Part shown: positions 15,755 through 23,669 of the stretch, in pieces
Position numbering within the stretch: the stretch's first letter is position 1
Layout: each line of letters opens with the position of its first letter
Assembly: GCA_020632095.1 (NCBI GenBank)
Contig: JACKGF010000001.1
Span: 392,638-442,936 of the forward strand
Reading direction: 5' to 3'
DNA from: Candidatus Nomurabacteria bacterium
GTDB lineage: Bacteria > Patescibacteriota > Minisyncoccia > Phycocordibacterales > UBA918
DNA: 50,299 nucleotides
Made by a program: the position numbers and the translations under genes
The notes under the pieces: generated by a model
Databases searched by the model: none
Told to the model about the DNA's origin: nothing
Seen by the model: only the letters and a program-made list of their open reading frames with translations

Positions 15755-17689
15755 ATGATAATGTGTAATACAAAATGTAGCCCTGGGATGAAATTATTAG
15801 AAGAAATTGAGGAAGAACGCAAAGAGATACGCAATAAAGCAATTTTAACCTCGATTACTCTAGTCGGATTAATCACTGGTGTTTTTTTGCAATTCACGGT
15901 CGGTGAATCAGCTTTTTTCTACACCGCTTTTGCTGTCGCCTACTTAGCTGGTGGCCTCACGGCCGCCATAGGCGCGTTTCGCAATCTCCTCAAAGGCAAG
16001 CTAGATATTGATCTACTCATGGTCTTAGCAGCGCTCGCAGCCGCTGGGGTTGGTGAAATACGTGACGGTGCCATTTTGTTATTTCTATTTAGCCTGGCTA
16101 GCACACTGGAAGGCTATGCTATGGGCAATACCAAGCGTGCTGTGGTCGCTCTAATGAAACTACGACCCGACGAAGCTAACTTGGAACAACCAGATGGGCA
16201 ACTGCAACGTGTCAAAGTGGAACAACTAACCATCGGTCAGACTATCGTTGTAAAAGCTGGCGAAAGAATGCCTATCGACGGCACAATCGTCCGCGGTGAA
16301 AGTGCCGTCGATCAGTCCCCTGTCACCGGAGAATCTGTCCCGATAGACAAAGCTGTTGGGGATAATGTCTTCGCTGGATCAGTCAATGGTTACGGTGTAT
16401 TAGCTATAACCGTCCAAAAATTAGCTAGCCAGTCCACTTTATCGCGCATGATTGACCTAGTTACATCTGCTCAGGCCGAACGTTCACCTAGTGAACGATT
16501 TAGTGAGTGGTTTGGTTCTCGCTACACGATATTTGTTTTAGTCGGCAGTGTTGTAGCTCTAGTAATTTTTATACTGTTTGGGGTACCAATAAGTGAAGCC
16601 TTGTACAAAGCTGCTACCTTACTGGTAGTTGCCAGTCCATGCGCCATTGTCATCAGTGTCCCAGCAGCCGTCCTCTCGGCCTTAGCGGCCGCCGCCAAGT
16701 CTGGCATGTTGTTTAAAGGCGGAGCGGCGCTAGAAGAATTTGGCAAAATCGATACAATTGCTTTTGATAAAACTGGCACCCTGACTGAGGGCAAGATGGT
16801 TGTCGATAGTGTCACTCCAATCCTAATTACAGAATCAGAGCTTCTGCAAATTGCCACCTCTCTCGAAATCCATTCAGAACACCCACTAGCTCGCAGTATT
16901 ATTAATTACGCCGAGACTAAAGGGATCAAACCACAAGGCGTAAGTGATGCAGAAACAATCCCAGGTAAAGGCATTCGGGCCCAGATTAATAATACTCACT
17001 ACTGGGCTGGCAACCGCCGTATGCTCGAAGATTCAAATCTAGAGATGGACGAGACAATTAAGAATATTTTAAGTGAACTGGAGGATGAAGGAAAAACCAC
17101 CATTATTATTGGTAACAGCACACGGATACTAGGCTTTATTGGTATTGCCGATAAAATCCGTGACACCGCCAAGGAAGCTATAGCCGAACTACGTAAAAAC
17201 GGAATCAAGCGAATAGTGATGTTAACTGGTGATCACGCCACGGTCGCTCACGCCATTGGGCAAGAGCTAGGTATACCCGAGACTGATATTTACGCAGCCT
17301 TATTACCTGAAGATAAAGTATCAATCGTCAAAACTTTGCGTGACAGTGGAACAGTTGCTTTTGTCGGCGACGGTGTCAACGACGCAGCCGCTCTAGTCAC
17401 CTCTCATGTTGGTATCGCCATGGGGGCAGCTGGTACCGATGTAGCTCTAGAAGCGGCCGATGTGGCGCTACTTTCAGATGACTTACATAAGCTACTCTCG
17501 GCTTTCAAACTATCTAAAAAAGCCAACGGGATAATTAAACAGAATTTAATTTTTGCTATCGGAATCTTATCTGTCATGGTCTTTATCACCACCTTCTTCT
17601 ATCTTCCCCTTCCTCTCGGTGTAGTTGGTCATGAGGGAGGAACTTTACTGGTAGTTGCTAATGGTCTTAGATTGTTATTCTGGAAGTAA
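15755..17689 (+). CDS. P1B-4-type heavy-metal P-type ATPase (Co/Fe/Zn-exporter class)
   Basis: SPC motif in the TM helix (VVASPCAIV), DKTGTLT, GDGVNDAAAL, HEGGT in the last TM. There is no HMA domain, only an N-terminal MCNTKCSPG. Confidence 0.85.
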   Translation: MIMCNTKCSPGMKLLEEIEEERKEIRNKAILTSITLVGLITGVFLQFTVGESAFFYTAFAVAYLAGGLTAAIGAFRNLLKGKLDIDLLMVLAALAAAGVGEIRDGAILLFLFSLASTLEGYAMGNTKRAVVALMKLRPDEANLEQPDGQLQRVKVEQLTIGQTIVVKAGERMPIDGTIVRGESAVDQSPVTGESVPIDKAVGDNVFAGSVNGYGVLAITVQKLASQSTLSRMIDLVTSAQAERSPSERFSEWFGSRYTIFVLVGSVVALVIFILFGVPISEALYKAATLLVVASPCAIVISVPAAVLSALAAAAKSGMLFKGGAALEEFGKIDTIAFDKTGTLTEGKMVVDSVTPILITESELLQIATSLEIHSEHPLARSIINYAETKGIKPQGVSDAETIPGKGIRAQINNTHYWAGNRRMLEDSNLEMDETIKNILSELEDEGKTTIIIGNSTRILGFIGIADKIRDTAKEAIAELRKNGIKRIVMLTGDHATVAHAIGQELGIPETDIYAALLPEDKVSIVKTLRDSGTVAFVGDGVNDAAALVTSHVGIAMGAAGTDVALEAADVALLSDDLHKLLSAFKLSKKANGIIKQNLIFAIGILSVMVFITTFFYLPLPLGVVGHEGGTLLVVANGLRLLFWK

Positions 17690-17702
17690 ATACCGCCCCA
17701 GT

Positions 17703-18440
17703 ATGAACCGAGAAGAACAATGGTTATTAAAAGATAAATATGGTGGTGAAAAAAGCGCTGCTTTTTTCACCGATTGTCAAAGACTCGCCAGCGGCGAACC
17801 ACTTGGATATCTCATCGGTTCTATTCCCTTTATCAACTGCCAAATCTGGCTTGACTCTCATCCGTTAATCCCCCGCCCTGAAACTGAGTATTGGGTTGAG
17901 GAGGCTATTAAGGTAATTGCCGGTGTGGCGCCAAAGGCGCCACACCTGCTCGATCTCTGCGCTGGCAGTGGCTGTATTGGTATAGCTGTGGCAAAAGCTA
18001 TTCCAGAAGCTCGGGTCGATTTCGTAGAAATCGACCCGAGCCACTTCCCCACCATCACAAAAAACATTAAAACTAATTTACCAACCTTCACCAACACCCA
18101 AGTTATTGAGTCGGATTTATTTACCAGTATCACAAACCGTTACGATTTTATCTTGTCTAACCCACCCTACATCGATCCTAAGCTAGACCGCACTGAAGTA
18201 TCTGTTACAGATTTTGAACCACACTTAGCACTCTACGGTGGGCAGGGCGGGCTCGAATTAATTTCAAAAATAATCTCCACCGCCCCCACCCACCTCAACC
18301 CCCAAGGCCAACTCTGGCTCGAACACGAACCAGAACAATCGGCAGACATAAAAATTTTAGCTCACGAAAATAGCTTCACTTGTACCACTAAAATAGACCA
18401 GTATAAAATCGAACGCTATTCAATTTTAGTGCTACAATAA
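17703..18440 (+). CDS. prmC: Release-factor glutamine N5-methyltransferase PrmC/HemK
   Basis: SAM motif LDLCAGSGCIG and the NPPY motif. The ATG at 17703 avoids the long overlap with the ATPase gene that the track start at 17655 implies. Confidence 0.8.
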   Translation: MNREEQWLLKDKYGGEKSAAFFTDCQRLASGEPLGYLIGSIPFINCQIWLDSHPLIPRPETEYWVEEAIKVIAGVAPKAPHLLDLCAGSGCIGIAVAKAIPEARVDFVEIDPSHFPTITKNIKTNLPTFTNTQVIESDLFTSITNRYDFILSNPPYIDPKLDRTEVSVTDFEPHLALYGGQGGLELISKIISTAPTHLNPQGQLWLEHEPEQSADIKILAHENSFTCTTKIDQYKIERYSILVLQ

Positions 18441-18446
18441 TTTAGT

Positions 18447-18677
18447 ATGACAGAAATAGGCAGAATAGAGATAATGCATTTTCCAATTGAAACAACAGTG
18501 ATGCTGGTCTTATATTTCATGATTGGTCTATACGCTATCTTCAGTGGAATTTTATATTACCACTGGAAAACCTATGGTACTGACGCTAAAGTATCAGGAC
18601 TCACTCTCTTACTTTATTTTGGTGTTACCATTCCGCTTATTTTAGTCATGATAACTATAGCCTTAATAATTACTTAA
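18447..18677 (+). CDS. Small membrane protein (2 TM)
   Basis: Hydrophobic 76-aa ORF, 3 nt upstream of the next gene. No recognisable motif. Confidence 0.45.
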   Translation: MTEIGRIEIMHFPIETTVMLVLYFMIGLYAIFSGILYYHWKTYGTDAKVSGLTLLLYFGVTIPLILVMITIALIIT

Positions 18678-18680
18678 GAT

Positions 18681-19238
18681 ATGTTATTCGAAAAAATCGA
18701 ACTCGAACCATCTGAAGAGGTACTGAAGATTGTGCGTAAGCATTGGTTTGTGATTGTCTCGCAATTATTTGGTAGTTTTCTAATGCTGTTTTTCCCTTTC
18801 TTTGTACTTTTTTTAGTTGCTTTATTTCCCAGTGTTATAGCAAAATTTGATTTCAGCCTCTCTCACTACACCTCATTAATAACCTTTGGCATCGCTGCTT
18901 GGTCCATCCTTTGTATTATGAGTGGCTTTATGACTTGGACTCACTACTATCTAGACCTATGGATTATTACTGACCGAAGAATTATCATCGTTGATCAAAT
19001 TCAATTTTTTAATAGAAACGTTAGTATTTTTCGACTAGAAAGATTACAAGATATCGAATTTTCTGTAAAAGGGGTCATACCAACCTTACTCAACTTCGGT
19101 ACCATAGCTGCCCAAACCGCCAGTGCCTATGAAGGTAATTTCAAAACCAGTGGTCTTCCTGATCCACGTGACCTTCAAGCCATCATCCAAAAAGCCATGG
19201 ACGACAGACTAACAAAACTCCATCATAATCCAACTTAG
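18681..19238 (+). CDS. Bacterial PH-domain (YdbS/YdbT-like) membrane protein
   Basis: Two N-terminal TM segments, then WIITDRRIIIVDQ...FGTIAAQTAS, typical of bPH_2 domains. Confidence 0.6.
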   Translation: MLFEKIELEPSEEVLKIVRKHWFVIVSQLFGSFLMLFFPFFVLFLVALFPSVIAKFDFSLSHYTSLITFGIAAWSILCIMSGFMTWTHYYLDLWIITDRRIIIVDQIQFFNRNVSIFRLERLQDIEFSVKGVIPTLLNFGTIAAQTASAYEGNFKTSGLPDPRDLQAIIQKAMDDRLTKLHHNPT

Positions 19239-19257
19239 CAGATTAAAATAAACCTAA

Positions 19258-19285
19258 TTGACAAGCATTTGTAACTGTTCATAAT
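19258..19285 (+). promoter_or_regulatory. Promoter TTGACA-16-CATAAT
   Basis: -35 at 19258-19263 and -10 at 19280-19285. SD GGAG at 19313-19316 lies 6 nt before the ATG at 19323. Confidence 0.55.
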
Positions 19286-19322
19286 ATAAATTGGCTGTAC
19301 CTTTCTTATTTTGGAGAACGAA

Positions 19323-19714
19323 ATGAATAAATTTCTTACGGCACTTTTGTGACACTTTCAATCTTTAGTAATCAAACATTGGCGGAAGAAACCCTAGCTT
19401 CAACCTGCCAAAAAAATCTAGCAAATAACAAAGAGGTTCTTGGTGTAGCGAATAAAGTTGTCTATAAAAATAATACCTTGGTCTTAAACTTTCCTAACGG
19501 AGAAAAGTTTACCCTTTCGCTAGTTTCAAAAACACCTCGTGTACTTACTTTTTTGGAAAAATACATTCTGACCAATGAAGTAATCGGTTCAATCATCAGG
19601 AACGACGGTTCGGCCTCGTATGTAATCACAAACGGGATTATATCACTAACAAACATAAACAAACCTCTTGTCTCTTGTTTTACTTTCATCCTAGGTGAAC
19701 GACAGTCAGTATAG
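19323..19714 (+). pseudogene. Secreted hypothetical protein interrupted by a 1-nt frame change after codon 9 (or a GTG-initiated ORF at 19349-19714)
   Basis: The ATG at 19323 gives MNKFLTALL then TGA. The long ORF continues in the -1 frame from 19349. One extra T in the T4 run (19345-19348) would give MNKFLTALFVTLSIFSNQTLA/EE, a canonical signal peptide. Confidence 0.5.
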
Positions 19715-19890
19715 ACACCAACGAGACAAGAACCCGCCTTAATCAGCGAGTTTTACAATTAATTTGTTAAATTGCATAACTACGATACATATTACTTGTT
19801 AAACTAGAATCCTTTGCTGATTTTTTAGAGAAATAAATAAGCCTTTTACAAAAAATTAAGATAGTTAGGGTTAACACGCGTAACCCCCTA

Positions 19891-19919
19891 TTGCACTATT
19901 ACCCACTCTCACCTACAAT
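19891..19919 (+). promoter_or_regulatory. Promoter TTGCAC-17-TACAAT for hisS, with leaderless geometry
   Basis: The track TTG start at 19891 is the -35 hexamer. The -10 ends 7 nt before the ATG at 19927. Confidence 0.5.
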
Positions 19920-19926
19920 CTTACTA

Positions 19927-21174
19927 ATGACTGAAAAATATCTTTCTACCGATTCATACAAAGGCGTCCGTGATTTTTATCCGGAAGACATGGCTATTCA
20001 AAGGTACATTTTTTCCACCTGGGCCAAGACGGCTGAACGTTATGGTTTTGAACGTTATGATGCCTCAATACTCGAACCTTCTGCTTTATACAAAGCTAAG
20101 GGTGCCGAGAACGAAGAAATGGTCAACGAACAAACCTATACCTTTATTGATCGTGGTGACCGTGAGGTGACCCTACGGCCCGAAATGACACCATCTGTGG
20201 CTCGTATGGTAGCTGGCCAACGTCATGAACTCTCCTTCCCTTTGCGTTGGTACTCTATTCCTAATCTATTTCGCTACGAACGTCCACAACGCGGTCGACT
20301 ACGTGAACACTGCCAACTCAACTGCGATATTTTCGGGGCTAGTCACTACACTGCCGACGTAGAACTCATTTCCTTGGCATATCAAACCTTAATTGATTTT
20401 GGTGCCAAGCCAGACATGTTTGAAATTAGAGTCAACAGTCGTAAGTTAATGCAAGAGCAAATTTCAGACAAACTAATTAGTCCCGACCTACTACCCGACT
20501 ACTTAAGACTAGTGGATAAAAAAGCGAAGATTTCGAACGATGAGTTTATAAAGGAAGAAAAAAAACTTATTAAAGACGGGGCTAGTGTGGCAATCGTAAT
20601 AAATGACAAAGTGTCACAAGTTCTCCAAGGGTTGATATCACTGGGTATCCAAAACGCTAAATTCGACTCCACCATCACCCGAGGTTTCAACTACTACACC
20701 GACACTGTGTTTGAAGTATTTGATGTATCTGGAGAAAATAACCGCGCCATGCTTGGCGGTGGTCGCTACGATAACCTGACCGAGATGTTTGGCGGCGAAG
20801 CTATTTCTGGTATTGGCTTTGGTATGGGCGACGTTACCATGCGTGACTTCCTCGAAACTCACAAACTCATTCCCGAATACATCAGAAGCACGGCACCACA
20901 CGTTATAGTAATTCCCATGACTGAAGAAGAAAATATGCCAGCCGAACTTATCGCTCAACACATACGAAAAGCTGGTATTACCGTTTCAACCGATATCGGC
21001 ATCAGAAAAGTTGGTAAAAAAATTGGTGATGCCAGCACCCGTGGTGCCAGATTTATTATTGTAATTGGAGAAAACGAAGTTTCTTCCAAGCAACTAACCA
21101 TCAAAAACCTCCTCTCCGGCGAAGAACATACCGGCGAACTTGGTTCTCTAATGAATTATCTAGATGTTAAATAA
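19927..21174 (+). CDS. hisS: Histidine--tRNA ligase
   Basis: Class II motifs (GVRDFYPED, LRPEMTPSVARM, FRYERPQRGRLREH, GGGRYDNL) and a C-terminal anticodon-binding domain. Confidence 0.9.
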   Translation: MTEKYLSTDSYKGVRDFYPEDMAIQRYIFSTWAKTAERYGFERYDASILEPSALYKAKGAENEEMVNEQTYTFIDRGDREVTLRPEMTPSVARMVAGQRHELSFPLRWYSIPNLFRYERPQRGRLREHCQLNCDIFGASHYTADVELISLAYQTLIDFGAKPDMFEIRVNSRKLMQEQISDKLISPDLLPDYLRLVDKKAKISNDEFIKEEKKLIKDGASVAIVINDKVSQVLQGLISLGIQNAKFDSTITRGFNYYTDTVFEVFDVSGENNRAMLGGGRYDNLTEMFGGEAISGIGFGMGDVTMRDFLETHKLIPEYIRSTAPHVIVIPMTEEENMPAELIAQHIRKAGITVSTDIGIRKVGKKIGDASTRGARFIIVIGENEVSSKQLTIKNLLSGEEHTGELGSLMNYLDVK

Positions 21175-21283
21175 CACTTACTGATGGATTCAACAATCAA
21201 CTTAACTCTGTTAGACAAACCTTAGTAAAAAGAAAGTAAATATATTAAAGCTTACCTGTATTAAGTTGTGTTACAATCTGCCC

Positions 21284-21859
21284 ATGCGCTACATCGTCTT
21301 TGACCTCGAAACTCAAAATCTTTTTCAGGAAGTTGGATCAAATGATCCAGCCGATTTAGACATTTCAGTCGCCACTGTCTATGACAGCAAAACCAAAAAA
21401 TACACCACTGTTACTGTTGATGAAATAGACCGCCTATGGCCGATTATAGAGAAGGCTGATGCCTTGGTTGGATACAATAGTAACCACTTCGACATCCCCC
21501 TCTTAAACAAATACTACCCTGGGGACCTGACTCAAATCAAAAGCATAGACCTACTCGAAGACATCAAAAATTCCCTTGGACGACGTCTCAGACTTGATAG
21601 TGTAGCCGAAGCTACAATTGGCGCCAAGAAATCAGCGGACGGCCTGCAGGCCGTCCGCTGGTGGCGCGAAGGTAACATCGCCGACATCAAAAAATATTGC
21701 GAGCAAGACGTAAAAGTGACCAAAGAAGTTTTTGAATACGCTCGTAAAAATGGCTACGTAAAATTCAAAGATGGCCACCGCAAAAAAGAAATTCCACTGG
21801 ACACTAAACATTGGGAAGAAGAGGAAGAAAGTGCCCTAACTCATTCCCTGCAATTTTAA
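21284..21859 (+). CDS. DEDD-family 3'-5' exonuclease (RNase H-like fold)
   Basis: ExoI IVFDLET, ExoII YNSNHFDIPLL, ExoIII YCEQDVKVT. An extended -10, TGtTACAAT (21269-21277), lies 6 nt before the ATG. Confidence 0.7.
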   Translation: MRYIVFDLETQNLFQEVGSNDPADLDISVATVYDSKTKKYTTVTVDEIDRLWPIIEKADALVGYNSNHFDIPLLNKYYPGDLTQIKSIDLLEDIKNSLGRRLRLDSVAEATIGAKKSADGLQAVRWWREGNIADIKKYCEQDVKVTKEVFEYARKNGYVKFKDGHRKKEIPLDTKHWEEEEESALTHSLQF

Positions 21860-21864
21860 ATTAC

Positions 21865-21911
21865 AAACCCTGCCCTGCCTTTCTCCTGAAAGGCAGGGCA
21901 GGGTTTGTTTT
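21865..21911. terminator. 18-bp G+C-rich hairpin, bidirectional terminator
   Basis: AAACCCTGCCCTGCCTTT-ctcctg-AAAGGCAGGGCAGGGTTT followed by GTTTT. It lies between the convergent exonuclease and uppP genes. Confidence 0.8.
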
Positions 21912-21938
21912 GGTACAACCTAGATACAAGATCTATAT

Positions 21939-22766
21939 TTAAGTAAACAAAGTCACGTACCACACCATGCTGGCCAGAATAATTCCGTACCAAACAAAAG
22001 GCCAAAGGGTGTACTTTCTAATAAAACTGAGAAAAAAATGAATAACCAATAAAGCAGTAACGAAAGAAATACTGACCCCAATCAAAATCAAAAACCAATC
22101 AACCGATCCCTCATCTCCCAGCAAATCAAGACCTTTCTTCAATCCAACTCCCAGCGTAATAGGAATAGCTAATAAAAATGAAAAGCGAGCGGACTCGTAG
22201 CGCGATAAACCAAGTAACATTCCCCCTGCAATAGTAGAACCAGACCGAGACATACCAGGTATCAAAGCCATCGCTTGAAAAAGTCCAATCTTAATTCCTG
22301 AACTTAAAGTGAGCTCATTGTGAGCTGGACGAAGATAATATCGCCACTCCGCATACATAAAGAAAATTGAAGTACAAAACAAAACACCAGAGACAATTAG
22401 AGGTTTTTGCAAGTATTCAGTCACAACATCCTCTAAAAAGAAACCTAGTAGAGCAGCTGGAATAGTCCCAATTAGCACTGCATATAAAAGAGTGATATCC
22501 CTTTCATTAACTGGTAATTTACCCAACTTGCGTAAAGCTACTTGAATTAATGTCCAGATATCAGACCAAAAATAAATTATCACAGCGGCTGTTGTAGCAA
22601 AATGCAACATAGCATCAAAGGCTAGTCCATCAGCATCACTAATCGACAACCAGTCTCTCACCAAAACTAAATGTCCGGAAGAAGACACTGGTAAAAATTC
22701 AGTTATCCCCTGCACCAAACCTAGAATTACTGCATCTATCCATTCCATAATTTGTGAGTATAGCAT
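21939..22766 (-). CDS. uppP: Undecaprenyl-diphosphate phosphatase
   Basis: GITEFLPVSSSGH and PGMSRSGSTI motifs. 8-TM profile. Confidence 0.9.
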   Translation of the reverse strand: MLYSQIMEWIDAVILGLVQGITEFLPVSSSGHLVLVRDWLSISDADGLAFDAMLHFATTAAVIIYFWSDIWTLIQVALRKLGKLPVNERDITLLYAVLIGTIPAALLGFFLEDVVTEYLQKPLIVSGVLFCTSIFFMYAEWRYYLRPAHNELTLSSGIKIGLFQAMALIPGMSRSGSTIAGGMLLGLSRYESARFSFLLAIPITLGVGLKKGLDLLGDEGSVDWFLILIGVSISFVTALLVIHFFLSFIRKYTLWPFVWYGIILASMVWYVTLFT

Positions 22767-22818
22767 ATCACGTATGCTATACTTTCCTTAACTTATTAAG
22801 AATTAACAAACAAGTTGT

Positions 22819-23604
22819 ATGGAACCAACAACTCAAAAATCTTCATCAGCTATTCCTATCGCTATCGTCTTTGGATTCGCTATGATTGCTATTGCTATTT
22901 TCTTTACCAGCAACAATTCGAACACATCGATAAAAACAACTGATACCGAGGACGAAGTTGTTGCAGATAACACCCCAAGTCCAGTCACTAATAAAGACTA
23001 CATAAAAGGTAATCCTAATGCCCCTATCCTAATGGTAGAATACTCCGATTATGACTGCCCATTTTGTAAGTCCTATCACGAAACTATGCACCAAATTATG
23101 GATGAGTATGGCGTTGATGGTCGACTAGCCTGGGTATATCGTCAATACCCCCTAGCAGAACTACACCCAAATTCACCAAAGATTTCTGAAGCTGCACTCT
23201 GTGTTGGAGACATTGGAGGAAATGACGCCTTTTGGAAATTCACTGATATCATCTTTGATAAACGAGATATAAAAGAACAAACAAACGTTACTAAACTACC
23301 CCAGTATGCTGAAGAGGCTGGCGTTTCAAAAGAAGAATATTTATCATGCGTGAAGAGTGGCCGAGTACAAGAAAAATTAACCGTCAATCTTAAAGACGGA
23401 TTTAATTCTGGCGCAAGAGGCACTCCTTACACTGTATTGATTGTCGGTAACCAACAAGCAGTAATTAGCGGAGCTCAACCATACGACACAGTAAAAGGGA
23501 TTGTACAAAACTTGGTCGACCAGCTAGACGGAACCTTTGACCCAGATGCCGTAGAAGTTCCTGAAACAAAAACAAACTCAGAAGGCGTTCCGATTTTAGA
23601 GTAA
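22819..23604 (+). CDS. DsbA-family thiol:disulfide oxidoreductase, membrane-anchored
   Basis: N-terminal TM segment and CPFC active site (DYDCPFCKSYH). Confidence 0.8.
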   Translation: MEPTTQKSSSAIPIAIVFGFAMIAIAIFFTSNNSNTSIKTTDTEDEVVADNTPSPVTNKDYIKGNPNAPILMVEYSDYDCPFCKSYHETMHQIMDEYGVDGRLAWVYRQYPLAELHPNSPKISEAALCVGDIGGNDAFWKFTDIIFDKRDIKEQTNVTKLPQYAEEAGVSKEEYLSCVKSGRVQEKLTVNLKDGFNSGARGTPYTVLIVGNQQAVISGAQPYDTVKGIVQNLVDQLDGTFDPDAVEVPETKTNSEGVPILE

Positions 23605-23625
23605 CTCCAAACCCTTATAAACCCC

Positions 23626-23655
23626 AAAGGCAGTCAACTTCGTTGACTGCCTTTT
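23626..23655 (+). terminator. Rho-independent terminator
   Basis: AAAGGCAGTCAAC-ttc-GTTGACTGCCTTT followed by T. Confidence 0.7.
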
Positions 23656-23669
23656 AAGTTCTAATCAAA

